In this document: positions 9,947-20,385 of the stretch, piece by piece | How the letters are laid out: every line of letters starts with the position of its first letter | Numbering within the stretch: position 1 is the stretch's first letter | Assembly: GCA_965277285.1 (NCBI GenBank) | Contig: OZ255721.1 | Coordinates: forward strand, 1,152,001 to 1,216,000 | Origin: Abditibacteriaceae bacterium | GTDB lineage: Bacteria; Armatimonadota; Abditibacteriia; Abditibacteriales; Abditibacteriaceae | Direction of reading: 5' to 3' | DNA length: 64,000 bases | Position numbers and translations under genes: made by a program | The notes under the pieces: model-generated | Database searches by the model: none | The model's input: only the letters and a program-made list of their open reading frames with translations | What the model was told of the DNA's origin: nothing

Positions 9947-12900
9947 TCTTGGGAATGGTTTCCGTTGGACGTATTTGTATTCGCGTCCTCATCGTCGTTC
10001 ACCGCAACGTTGGCTGAAGGAACAACGTTTGGCGACGAGCGCGTGTGGCTCAAGTGGGCTGCGACGGACGCCAGGCCGCTTCTGCGAAGAATGTTGCGCG
10101 TCGTTCCGCAGTTGATGTCAGAACCTGTGTCGTTTTCCGCTTTTGTGGCGCCGGAAGATTCGTTTGCAACGCGTTTAAGCGCACCATTGCGAGCGATAGC
10201 GGAAGTTTCGGCGATTGCTGTGGGACGAATGGCGGTTGCTGTGTTACCGGAAGTTCGGCGACGCGCAGGTTGATTTTGTGGATCGCGCATGGCGTGACTT
10301 GTCCAAGTCGTTTCGTTCCGCGCCGCCTCGTTTTTCCAGTCGCGCGACGGATCAGGATATTCGATGCGCTGATGCAAGGCACCGCGCAAAACATGAGCGA
10401 ACGCGCGTTCGATTGTGCTCAGGTCACGCATCGTCAGCTCGCATTCGGCCAATTCGCCGTCTTGCAAACGCTTGGCGATCATCGCTTTGATGTGCGCCTC
10501 GAGTTTTTCCGGCGTCAGATCCGGCAAGGCGCGCGAACTTGCTTCGACCGCATCGGCCAGCATCACAATGGCCGCTTCCTTGCTTTGCGGACGCGGCCCG
10601 GGATAGCGAAAAGTCGCTTCATCCACTGCTGATTCCGTTCCAGAAAGCAATCCCAACTGCGCGGTTTGTTGCGCGCGATGGAAGAAATACGACACCAAAT
10701 CCGTTCCGTGATGCTGCTCGATAATTTCGTGAATCGGGCGCGGCAAACGCAAAGCGCGCGCCAGTTCCAAACCATCTTTGACGTGCGCGATGATGAGCAG
10801 CGCCGATAATTGCGGTGTCAGGCGGTCGTGGACATTGACGCCGCTCTGGTTTTCAATGAAACAATGCGGGCGGCGCAATTTTCCAACGTCGTGATAAAGT
10901 CCACCGACGCGACACAGCAGCGGATTGGCACAGACAGCTTTGGCGGCGGCTTCGCTCAGTTGCGCGACCATCAGCGAATGCGTGTAAGTTCCAGGCGCTT
11001 CGCCTTGCATTCGTCGCATCACAGGTTCGTCGGGCGAAGATAATTCGAGCAAGCTCAAATGTGTCGTGATGCCCAACGGCCTTTCCCAGAACATGGCGAA
11101 ACCCGCCGCCAACCAGACCGCGACAGCGCTGCTTCCTGCGGCAAAAACGGCGGGCGACAACAATGCGGGCAACGGTGTTTCACGCATCGCGCCCGCGATC
11201 ATGGCCAGGGCCGCTCCTGTTATCGCCAGCACAAGCGTGGCGCGCACCAGATGAGCGCGCGTCGAAATATCGGAAACCGCCAGCACGCCAACTGCCGCGC
11301 CCAGCATAATCGCGGCGAAGGCTGTGCTGTCTTCGCGCGCGATCATGGCGCACAAAAGCGAAGTGATAATGCCGCACAACAATCCGACGCGCGCATTCAA
11401 TAAAATCGCCAGCGACATCGCGCCAAAAGCCACCAGCGGCGGCAAAAGTGCCTCGCCAAACGGCACGCGCAACAAAACGCGCGCAACCGCCACAATCAGC
11501 GGCGGCACCAAAGCCAGCAACCACAACGATGCGGGAGAACTCAAAATCGAAGGTGTTGTGCGTGCGATATAAACCGCTGCAAAACCAACGGTGATCGCGC
11601 ACAAAAGCAAACGCGCCAAAGTCGTTGTCGGATCGAAGCTCGGCGCTACTAAATCTAAATCCTGCAATTGCGACCAGCGATTGGCGTCGATAATCGTTCC
11701 GGCTTCGATGAGAACTGATCCCGCCAGCACAGTGCGATAAACCGCAGGCACGTCACCTCGCGCCTCGCGTTTGGCGCGCTCGGTTTTACGCGCGTTGACA
11801 ATCAAATTTGGCTCGTGCGCAGCAGTCACAGCGAGGGCAACCGCCAATTTTTTTTCCGGCACCGTTAAGTTCAATGCCACGTTATCATTTCGAGTCCTCA
11901 AACCGCGCGGTGGCAAAGTTGTCGGGCGCGGCGCATTGATTTGTTCTTCAATGCGCCGCGCTGCCAGCGCCAAGTCATCGTCGGCATCAGAACGAATTTG
12001 TTGAACGTGCCCGCGATAAAAATACGCGGCGCGAACGCCATTGCGCGCTTCCACTTCGATAAAGGGCCAACGCGAGGGTGCCAAATTTAGAACACCGATA
12101 GCCAACGCGACCGGCAATTTTTGCAAGCCGCGCTCGTGCAACACGTCGTTGAATTCTTGTACAGCTTGCGTGCGCACTTTTTGCAGGCGAACGGTAGCCG
12201 TTTCTCTTGTTGCGCGCAGCGAAGAACTCCCGTTTCGAGTACTCAAATGCGATGCTTCCCTTGTTGCATCCGATAAAGTTGTCGGTGCCAACGCCGTTGA
12301 TCCTGTTTGTGCTTGAAAAGCAAGCGCCTGGTGTCGCGCTGTGCGCAATAAAATACCGAGATTTATCAGCGATTTGCTTTGAGCGCTCAGGTTGGAATCA
12401 TATTCGGGTGTTACCAATGCGGCGGCTTCGTCGCGTCGCTCCAGCGTGGCTTCGCGGTCGAGAATCGTCGTGGCGCGCGGCGCGATAACATCGTGCGGCG
12501 CACGTTCGCCCAATTCCAAGTCGCTGTTGGCGCCCGGCAAGCGAATTGTCGTCGCGCCCCACAGCAACAGCGTGCAAATCGCCAGCAAAATGCCGTAATG
12601 GCGCGTCACCGATAACCAAAGTCGCGTTCGCAGCGGTGCGCGCGGCGGCACCAGAGGCGTTTCGCCCAAAATCTGCTGCGATAATAGTTCGCTCGCTTCG
12701 GCCAATGCTGCGGTATCAACCGGCGTCGCATCGTTTTCGTCGCTTCTTTTGTCGCTCGCCGCCCGATCTTCTGCTGTTTCGCTTTGAGGCGATTGGTTTT
12801 TCGCAGGTTGGTTTTCTGCCGTTTCGTGCAAAGGTTCAAAAGAAAAGGCGCGTCGTGACAGATGACCATTGGCACCATTTTTCGTCCCGTTCGAGTACTC

Positions 12901-12981
12901 GATGGGCGAATGAGGAGGCGCGGCGGCAGGTTCCACCGAGGTTTCGTCGGTCAAATCGCGTTTGGAGCGAGAATCGTCCAT
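9943..12981 (-). CDS. 7TM-receptor HD-domain phosphohydrolase (PgpH/YqfF-like)
   Basis: Large extracytoplasmic domain, multiple TM helices, APGTYTHS, YHDVGK, HHGT, MLADAVEA; located between phoH and ybeY. Confidence 0.9.
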   Translation of the reverse strand: MDDSRSKRDLTDETSVEPAAAPPHSPIEYSNGTKNGANGHLSRRAFSFEPLHETAENQPAKNQSPQSETAEDRAASDKRSDENDATPVDTAALAEASELLSQQILGETPLVPPRAPLRTRLWLSVTRHYGILLAICTLLLWGATTIRLPGANSDLELGERAPHDVIAPRATTILDREATLERRDEAAALVTPEYDSNLSAQSKSLINLGILLRTARHQALAFQAQTGSTALAPTTLSDATREASHLSTRNGSSSLRATRETATVRLQKVRTQAVQEFNDVLHERGLQKLPVALAIGVLNLAPSRWPFIEVEARNGVRAAYFYRGHVQQIRSDADDDLALAARRIEEQINAPRPTTLPPRGLRTRNDNVALNLTVPEKKLAVALAVTAAHEPNLIVNARKTERAKREARGDVPAVYRTVLAGSVLIEAGTIIDANRWSQLQDLDLVAPSFDPTTTLARLLLCAITVGFAAVYIARTTPSILSSPASLWLLALVPPLIVAVARVLLRVPFGEALLPPLVAFGAMSLAILLNARVGLLCGIITSLLCAMIAREDSTAFAAIMLGAAVGVLAVSDISTRAHLVRATLVLAITGAALAMIAGAMRETPLPALLSPAVFAAGSSAVAVWLAAGFAMFWERPLGITTHLSLLELSSPDEPVMRRMQGEAPGTYTHSLMVAQLSEAAAKAVCANPLLCRVGGLYHDVGKLRRPHCFIENQSGVNVHDRLTPQLSALLIIAHVKDGLELARALRLPRPIHEIIEQHHGTDLVSYFFHRAQQTAQLGLLSGTESAVDEATFRYPGPRPQSKEAAIVMLADAVEASSRALPDLTPEKLEAHIKAMIAKRLQDGELAECELTMRDLSTIERAFAHVLRGALHQRIEYPDPSRDWKNEAARNETTWTSHAMRDPQNQPARRRTSGNTATAIRPTAIAETSAIARNGALKRVANESSGATKAENDTGSDINCGTTRNILRRSGLASVAAHLSHTRSSPNVVPSANVAVNDDEDANTNTSNGNHSQE

Positions 12982-13065
12982 GAGAAGGAAAATGAAAGGA
13001 TGAGGGATGAAGGATAAAATTGAGTACTCGAAACCTCAACTTCGTCCCTCATCTTTCATCCTTTC

Positions 13066-14046
13066 TTAAGTGCGTCCTGTGGCTTCGCTGTTTTCATACG
13101 CTTCGATGATGCGCTGCACAATGTCGTGGCGCACGACATCGGTTTTGTCCAGCGTGGCGAACTCGATGCCGCGCACGCCGGGCAGAATACGAGCCGCTAC
13201 GCGCAAACCCGATTCCTGACCGGCGGGCAAATCGGTTTGCGTCAGGTCGCCGGTCACGATCATTTTCGAGCCGAAGCCCAGACGCGTCAAAAACATTTTC
13301 ATTTGCGCCGGTGTCGTGTTCTGCGCTTCATCCAAGATAATGAACGATTCGCTTAGCGTGCGACCGCGCATATACGCCAAGGGCGCGATTTCAATCGCCC
13401 GTCGCTCCATCAATTTGCCGACTTTTTCGCTGTCCAGCATTTCAAACAACGCGTCATAAAGCGGTCGCAAATACGGATCGACTTTGGCTTCCAGGTCGCC
13501 AGGCAAAAACCCCAGATTTTCGCCGGCTTCGACAATCGGACGCGTCAAAACGATGCGTTGCACCTGCTTGTTTTTGAACGCCGCGACCGCTGCCGCAACC
13601 GCGAGATAAGTTTTTCCGGTTCCCGCCGGGCCGATGGCGAAGGTCAAATCGCCTTTGCGCAAGGCTTCGACGTAGGCTTTTTGTCCGGCTGTGCGCGGCC
13701 CGATGCTTTTGCCTTTTTCCGACACCAGAAGCGTATCGGAAAGCATTTTTCCCGCGTCGGAAACGACTTCGCCGTTTTTCGAGCGGCCTATCAAATAGCG
13801 CACATCGGAAGGCGCGAAAGGTCGCCCACCTTTCAAGCTGCTTTTGGCGACGCCCAGCAATTGCTCGATCAAACCGGCGGCTTTTTCCGCGTCGGCGATT
13901 TCGCCCTGCACCACCAAATCATCGCCGCGCAAGACGATTTTAATCGGCAATTCGCGCTCGATGAGGCGGCGCGTTTCGTCCTGGTTGCCCAGCAAAAGTC
14001 GCAACGCTTCAGGATTGGGAGAATGAACTGTAATTTCGGAAGACAT
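13066..14046 (-). CDS. phoH: PhoH-family ATPase
   Basis: GPAGTGKTYLA, GENLGFLPGD, LAYMRGRTL, DEAQN, DVVRH; ATG at 14046. Confidence 0.95.
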   Translation of the reverse strand: MSSEITVHSPNPEALRLLLGNQDETRRLIERELPIKIVLRGDDLVVQGEIADAEKAAGLIEQLLGVAKSSLKGGRPFAPSDVRYLIGRSKNGEVVSDAGKMLSDTLLVSEKGKSIGPRTAGQKAYVEALRKGDLTFAIGPAGTGKTYLAVAAAVAAFKNKQVQRIVLTRPIVEAGENLGFLPGDLEAKVDPYLRPLYDALFEMLDSEKVGKLMERRAIEIAPLAYMRGRTLSESFIILDEAQNTTPAQMKMFLTRLGFGSKMIVTGDLTQTDLPAGQESGLRVAARILPGVRGIEFATLDKTDVVRHDIVQRIIEAYENSEATGRT

Positions 14047-14084
14047 AGAAGGAATCGAGTACTCGATAGTTGGTGAAAGCGCGA

Positions 14085-14167
14085 AAGAACCCTGAGCGTA
14101 AGCAACGGGTGAAATTGGCAGCGACACGACACTAATACTTCACCCGTCGCTTACGCTCAGGGTTCTT
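14085..14167. repeat. REP-like inverted repeat, family A
   Basis: 29-bp arms at 14085-14113 and 14139-14167 with one mismatch. Confidence 0.85.
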
Positions 14168-14627
14168 AAGCCAGCAGCCGTTTCACGACTTCGTTGACGC
14201 GCTTGCCGTCGGCGCGACCTTGAACGCGCGGCATCAAGTTTTTCATCAGGACGCCCATCTCTTTGGGAGTTTTGGCGCCGCTTTCATCAATCGCCACTTT
14301 GACCAGCGATTCGAGTTCTGCATCAGAAAGTTGCTGCGGCAAAAATTCTTGAAGAATTGCCAGTTCGTCGCGCTCTTTTTGCGCCAGATCGTCGCGGTTC
14401 GCTTTGGTGTATTCGTCAATCGAATCGCGGCGCTTTTTCGCTTCGCGCTCAATGACGGCTTGCGATTGCGCATCGTCAAACACGACATCGCCGTCGCCAG
14501 TACGCGCATCAATTTCGGCGCGCTTGATGGCGGCGCGCAGGCCGGACAAAGTATCGCGGCGCAACGCATCTTTGTTGCGCATCGCGGTTTTCCATTCTTC
14601 GTTGAGTTGTTGTTGAAGGTTGAGCAT
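14166..14627 (-). CDS. GatB/YqeY-domain protein
   Basis: KTAMRNKD, KKRRDSI, FLPQQLS, GRADGKRVNEVVK. Confidence 0.9.
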   Translation of the reverse strand: MLNLQQQLNEEWKTAMRNKDALRRDTLSGLRAAIKRAEIDARTGDGDVVFDDAQSQAVIEREAKKRRDSIDEYTKANRDDLAQKERDELAILQEFLPQQLSDAELESLVKVAIDESGAKTPKEMGVLMKNLMPRVQGRADGKRVNEVVKRLLA

Positions 14628-14653
14628 CACGGAGGAAATTATAACCAAATAAT

Positions 14654-14754
14654 GAATGCGGAATGCGGAATGCGGAATGCGGAATCTGAACGACGTTTCG
14701 AGTACTCGATAACACCGCGCAACGATTGAAGCGCATTCATCATTCATCATTCCC
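14654..14754. repeat. Heptamer tandem repeats in inverted arrangement: (GAATGCG)x4 ... (CATTCAT)n
   Basis: GAATGCG at 14654, 14661, 14668 and 14675; partially complementary cattcat units at about 14734-14752; palindrome copy at 14698 in between. Confidence 0.7.
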
Positions 14755-14756
14755 GT

Positions 14757-15086
14757 TCAACCTGGCGGCCATTCAAGCGTTCGTCCGCCCAGCACATGAA
14801 GATGCAAATGCGCCACGCTTTGCCCACCGTCGCTGCCGATGTTGGTCACAATGCGAAAACCGTTGGGACAACGTTCTTGTCCCAACTTCGCCGCGACTTG
14901 CATCAAATGTCCGAGCGTTTGTGTATCGGAAGTTGTCGCGTCCAGCGTCGCGGTTTTGGGAATAACGAGAAAATGCGTCGGCGCTTGCGGCGCGATGTCG
15001 TTAAACGCCAGACAAACATCGTCTTCAAAAATGATGTCGGCGGCAATCTCGCGGCGTATGATTTTGGAGAAAATGGTTTCGTTCAT
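14757..15086 (-). CDS. Histidine triad (HIT) nucleotide-binding protein
   Basis: [31 protein letters not shown]. Confidence 0.95.
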   Translation of the reverse strand: MNETIFSKIIRREIAADIIFEDDVCLAFNDIAPQAPTHFLVIPKTATLDATTSDTQTLGHLMQVAAKLGQERCPNGFRIVTNIGSDGGQSVAHLHLHVLGGRTLEWPPG

Positions 15087-17168
15087 TGTGCTTTCAGATA
15101 ATCCAGAAGTAGCTTAGGAGAAGTGAAATGTCTGGCGCGCACACCGACGTTTGGTTTGTAAATCAACGTACATCCGTTTTTGCTTTGTGGTTTAGGCGTA
15201 CCGTCGTTGCCAAGAACAAACTCGCCCTCAACAATCAACGCTACGCGAATTTTAATCGGAAGTCCGTCAACATCAGAGATGCCCAGCATTTTGTTGCGAA
15301 TTGCATCGTTCAGCAAATGCGCGCCTTTCGGGTCAATTGCCCACAGACATTTTGGCGCCCATAACAAAAAGTCGGGGTAAAAGTTGGTCGTGCCTTCGCC
15401 GATTTCGGGGATCGGAATCCCATAACCTGTTCTCGATGGATTGCGGCACCACTCCATTCCTAAAGTATCGAGTGCTTTGGCAACCTCAACTTCAAACGGA
15501 TTCATGCCGTTGTATTCCCAATGCAGAGCATTATCGTAACGGCGCACTTTGTAACGTTCGCGTTTCAGGGAATCGGCAGTTTGCAAATCGGGCGAAACCA
15601 AATTAAACGGCTTCACTGCATAAATCTGATCGGGTTCATACTCGAAGCGCAGTTCGTCGTTGAGACTTTTGAAGATTTGCGTCAAGTTGCGATTGATCGT
15701 TTCCATTGCATTGGAGCCGAATTGCATCTTTTGTCTTAGCTTTGGGTCTGATTTGACGGAATGCGTAAAACAAGTGCTGTTCTTTTTGGCAATGCGCGAA
15801 TCGCGTGCAGAAAAGCAGTCAATAAGATAATCCCAAACGCGAATCTCGGCGTTATCTTCACGCTGTTCTTCCTTCTGCAAGCTGCCGTCTTCCATATTGC
15901 GGCGTAAATCGAGTACTCGCGTTGAGACTTTGCCCGGAGCACGCAGCTCCTTTGCAGCAAAAAGCGGCACATTATCCAAAAGAATCTTATCGAGAACATC
16001 CAAATCTTCGCCGAACGATTCCGCGACTTTGGCGATTTCAACAGGACGTTTGAGCGGCGACTCACGCGAAGTCTTCGCGCGCGGTGCATTTCCAGCAAGC
16101 GCAATAACTTCATAACCTTCATTTTCCAAGTCGCGCTGAGTATTTTCTATGACAGCAGCGAAATCCTCATCAGGAACATTGAAATAGAAGTACGCCGAAT
16201 TCAAGTCGCCGTCTTCAAAAGGCGTCGCATCAGGTTGTCGCAAGAAGCGCCCGATTTTCTGCGAAATATCCGTAAGCGATTTTCCTGTTCCATCTAAATA
16301 AGCGACGTAAGCCCACGGCTCATCCCAACCTTCGCGCAGAGATAAGTTCCAAATGAGATGCGTATAACCTTCGCGTCGCAAATCATCAGGAGTTTTCCCC
16401 GACTTGTGCGTGTCAATCATCAAGCCCCACGGCGCGGTTGGATTTACGCCCGCCAGATTTTTATCTACGTTGGCCAAGTGAACTGCGACGCGGCGTGGAT
16501 CAACTTTCAAATCTTGCGTCAGCGTTTCCCAAACTTCCAAACCTGCAAGTGTCGAATTGACGATGCAACAAATAATCGGCAAGTTGCCTATCGCTTTGAG
16601 CTTTTGGCTGAGGTCAAACCACTTGTCGTTGGCTTCTTTCAAAGCATCGTGCCGCGTGGTATTGCAATCCACCAAGTACAAACGCGTTTTCAAAAGACCT
16701 TCTTTTACGACTTCAGGCGTAGGAACAATAACGGTTTGAAGTTCAAGCGCGTCTGACTTTTCTTCACCTGTCTGACCAGGCAACAAGTGCGACAAATCTT
16801 CGGGCAATTTCGACGCGGAAGACAAAACAAAAGCGCGCGGATTGAGTTCGGTCAAGCGTGCAAATTGCGCTTTGGTGCCGCCGTGCGCTTCATCATAGAA
16901 AACGTAGAGCGGACGCTGACGCGCTTCTGGCCCATTACCCGCCAGCATTTCCCAATAAGTTGTATCGCCGCGCGGCTTGTGAACATTGAGTTCGTCTCCA
17001 TCGCGGTTGAACAGCGCAACCGTTGACAGAATAATTGTCAGGCCACTTTGTGCGTTGACGACATCGCTCCAATCGGAATCTGTGAAATCGGACAATTCGA
17101 GCACTCGAACGTCTTCGGGCAAAAGCTGCGCATAACGTCCGCCGCTGCTCAAGTTGCTCGCAGTCTGA

Positions 17169-18025
17169 GAGGGTGTATAGGAATCACGCAAGCCTTCGGA
17201 GCATAAGCCGGATCATGGCGAGATAAATCCAGGTTTCACTTGATTTGACATTTTGCTCATAGTCTTTTGAAAGCCTTCGACATCTTCCCAACCATGCAAA
17301 AGTTCTTTCGACAACCCAGCGACGCGGCAACGGCACGTAGCCTTTGTTTTCATATTGACGGTTCACCAGGGCATTGCGGCTTATCACTCGGAGCGCAACG
17401 CCACAGTTTTCTCGCACCCAAGCCGCGAACTTGTGTCCCCAGTAGCCTGCATCCGCCCAAATCAACTGCAAACGTTGTGAAGGAAAGCGCCACAGGGCTT
17501 TGTCTTGCAAAAGTAATTTGGCTCCGTCACGCTCTTGAACGTTGGCAGCATGAACACACACTTGCAACAACAAGCCGTTGGTATCCACTAGAATATGACG
17601 CTTGCGCCCTTTTATTTTCTTGGCTGCATCAAAGCCTTTTGGCCCCCTTTTTCTGTGGTTTTGACGCTCTGGCTGTCCAGAATCGCTGCGCTGGGCGCCT
17701 CATCCCGTCCATCGGCCTGGCGCACTTGAGAACGCAACGAACTGTGGATACCTTCGAGAGTGCCGTTGTCACGCCAGCGCCGGAAGTGATACCAAACCAC
17801 AGTGTAAGGCGGAAAATCGTGAGGCAAAGCACGCCACGAGCAGCCGTTGGTCAACTGATACAACAAAGCGTTGACGATCTCGCGTTGGGCGTAAAGCCTG
17901 CGCGTACCGCGCGCACGCTGTGGCTCGATCAAAGGGCGCAGCACTTGCCATTGTGCCTCGCTCAAATCACTGGGATAGCTCTGGCGTTTCATAAATGTAA
18001 GTCTAACCCTTTCCTATACACCCTC
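17169..18025 (-). mobile_element. IS5-family insertion sequence (IS1031-like), about 857 bp
   Basis: Perfect terminal inverted repeat (A)GAGGGTGTATAGGAA at 17168-17183 and 18011-18026; TNA flanks; encodes a transposase. Confidence 0.93.
17184..17992 (-). CDS. IS5-family transposase split over two frames (-1 shift at A5G5, 17643-17652)
   Basis: [14 protein letters not shown]...[10 protein letters not shown]...[36 protein letters not shown]...WADAGY...[11 protein letters not shown]...RLSKDYE. Confidence 0.92.
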
Positions 18026-18285
18026 TTAGAAATAACGGCGCCACGATTGGTTGTCCACAACACAATGGCATCGCGCAAATCAGCCGCAGCCAAAGCCAAC
18101 ATCGGCGTTTTTCCACTGCCCGTAATGGCTTTCAAGCGACACAAAAATGGCAGCAATTCACCGCTGTCAGAATCGTATTTTTTCCGAAACGGCGGCGATG
18201 GATATATCCGCAGCATTTGCGAAAGTTCGCCTGCCGCTTTGAGTTGAAACGGCTTGAGATTGTCGCGTGTAAGATTGATCATCGC

Positions 18286-20250
18286 TTATTCGCCTTCCTC
18301 CTCTTCATCCAATAGATTGAGGCGCGCCAGAATTGAATCGGGGATTTGCTGAAAGCGATACAGTTCATCATTGCGTGGTGCGACATTCGCCACGGCGTAA
18401 ATGTAAACCGGCTTGGTCACTTTCGCGTCTTGCGCTTCTTTCATAATCAGCGAACGAATGTCACGCGTCAAAGGTTGATGGCCGTCAGTTTTGCCTTTTT
18501 CCCACACCAACGCGATGCCGAAACCCAGCCGCGTTTTGCCGATGAGGTATTTGTAGCCATCCATGCGACAATCAATACGATTGGAATCTTCTTCGATGAT
18601 TTGCAAAATGATGTCGGCGAGGTTTTCGCGCGTGGACTCCATGATCGTCTTTTTGTTGACGCTTTTGTGCGCTTCGTAAAACGTGAAGCCGCCAGGCAAT
18701 TCGGGATATTCTTTGCCATCCGCCCACTTTCCCGAAAACACGCGGCGCATTCGCTCGGCTGTCAAACGGTCGGTGTATTCGCTACGCGGAATCTTGCGAT
18801 TGGTTGGGTCGCCGTTTTCCACCAAAATGAACCGACGATTGCCGCCGTCTTCGGCGTTCATCGCCAAAACCGCGTGGCCTGTCGTACCGCTTCCCGCATA
18901 CGGATCGAAAATCTGTGCGTCTTTGTCGCGCCACGTCACCAAGTTGAAAAGCTCGGCCAGCATTTCGTGGTCTTTGGGGTTTTCAAAAAAGTTCTTCCCT
19001 AAAATAGCTTCGATGGTATCAGTCGAATTTCGGCTACTCCTTTCGATTACGCTTGTTTGAACGCCCATATCCATTTCTTCCAAACGATAAACCAAACTCG
19101 GAACTTTCTCGTGAGAATCGCCGAAGTAAACTTTGCCATCCGCAATCAATTCTTGCATTTTATGTTCGCTGAAACCCCAGCCACGACTTGGAATTTGGCA
19201 AGGCTTTCCAGTAATTGGATGTAAAACTTCGTATCGTGGGCCACCGCCGCCAGGCCAAGAAATATCTCCGCCGTCGCGGTAAACACCATCCCTGTCAACT
19301 TTGCGATAATTGATTTTCTTCGCCGGGTGGTCTTTTGGGAGTTCTTTGAAGAATCTTGCCATCGCAGCTTGTAATACAGTAATGTCTTTTGGGCCGTACT
19401 TAAGTTTTGCTTCAGCGTAAGCAGTAAGAATTTCGTCAACGCCTTCTTTAGGTTTGCGCCATTTCCCCTTGAACCGCCGCCAACTCTCATTTGTGGCAGA
19501 TAAGTAATTCATCTTTTCGTCGAGCGCGTCTTTATCGCGCGCCCAAACTAAAAGATATTCGTGCCCTTCAGAAATATATTTCGCGTCGTTCTTGCGCGAG
19601 CGTTCCCAAATCAGTGTGGCCAGGCGGTTCTTTTCGCCATACATTTCTTCGAGCAACATCCACAAGCGCGGCAGTTCGTGTTCGTCAATCGAAACGATGA
19701 GAACGCCGGTGTTTTTCAACAGCTTGCGTGCCGCCCACAAACGCGGCGCAATGTGGTTAATCCATTTTGTGTGGCGCGACGGATCATCAAGCGACACGCC
19801 TTTTTCAACGCGTCCAATCACATTTTTCAATCGTTCGACTTCAGCTTTCGAGAAGCGATAATTGTCGTTGTAAAGAAAAGTATCTTTGCCGGTATTGTAT
19901 GGCGGATCAATATAAATTACATCAAAGCCTGTTTTCGACCCACCGCGAAAGTCGCCCAAAAGCGAGCGCATAACGGCGAGGTTGTCACCGTCGTAAATGC
20001 GATGTTCTCCACCTTTTTGAATCGGATAGCTTTTTTCGGGTTTAGGCTTCAGCGTGACAGGAGCAACATTTTCGGCCAAAAAGCGATTGCGGCCTTGCCA
20101 CATCAGCGCGGCATCGTTGGAGCCAGTTTCGGAAATATGCGAAAACGCTTCGCGCATTCGCTTTTCTTCTTGAAGTTCCTCAACCATGCGAATGAGTTCT
20201 TCGCGTTCGAGAGTATGGATAATGGGCGAGGATTTCGGTTCGTTTTGCAT
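18286..20250 (-). CDS. mod: Type III R-M methyltransferase subunit (Mod; N6-A/N4-C class)
   Basis: GDNL, IYIDPPYNTG, SIDEHE, PK motif, FDPYAGSGTTGHAV; directly upstream of the res remnant. Confidence 0.9.
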   Translation of the reverse strand: MQNEPKSSPIIHTLEREELIRMVEELQEEKRMREAFSHISETGSNDAALMWQGRNRFLAENVAPVTLKPKPEKSYPIQKGGEHRIYDGDNLAVMRSLLGDFRGGSKTGFDVIYIDPPYNTGKDTFLYNDNYRFSKAEVERLKNVIGRVEKGVSLDDPSRHTKWINHIAPRLWAARKLLKNTGVLIVSIDEHELPRLWMLLEEMYGEKNRLATLIWERSRKNDAKYISEGHEYLLVWARDKDALDEKMNYLSATNESWRRFKGKWRKPKEGVDEILTAYAEAKLKYGPKDITVLQAAMARFFKELPKDHPAKKINYRKVDRDGVYRDGGDISWPGGGGPRYEVLHPITGKPCQIPSRGWGFSEHKMQELIADGKVYFGDSHEKVPSLVYRLEEMDMGVQTSVIERSSRNSTDTIEAILGKNFFENPKDHEMLAELFNLVTWRDKDAQIFDPYAGSGTTGHAVLAMNAEDGGNRRFILVENGDPTNRKIPRSEYTDRLTAERMRRVFSGKWADGKEYPELPGGFTFYEAHKSVNKKTIMESTRENLADIILQIIEEDSNRIDCRMDGYKYLIGKTRLGFGIALVWEKGKTDGHQPLTRDIRSLIMKEAQDAKVTKPVYIYAVANVAPRNDELYRFQQIPDSILARLNLLDEEEEGE

Positions 20251-20385
20251 AAAATTGAGGCAAATAGTTTATCGCAAACAGTATTTGCTAACTTGCGGTA
20301 AAATGAGAAAGTCAAAAACCATTTGGCGGCTTTTGGCACAACGGACACAACGTTCGAGTACTCGATTCAACCCTTTTCAAACTTT

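Larger units (their letters stand above)
15083..18282 (-). pseudogene. res: Type III restriction subunit (Res; SF2 helicase plus nuclease) interrupted by an IS
   Basis: N-fragment 18282-18028 carries the Walker A AITGSGKT. C-fragment 17167-15083 carries FYDEAH, LREGWD, QKIGRFLRQP and FYPDFL...DPKG. Deleting 860 bp restores one frame of about 779 aa. Confidence 0.85.

Noticed and set aside
18286..20250. Mod as the enzyme recognising TCGAGTACTCGA
   Set aside because: Type III enzymes recognise short asymmetric sites, and this gene lacks the motif; no support for a link.
18286..20250. Phase-variable mod (phasevarion)
   Set aside because: No simple-sequence repeat tract was seen in or upstream of the gene.
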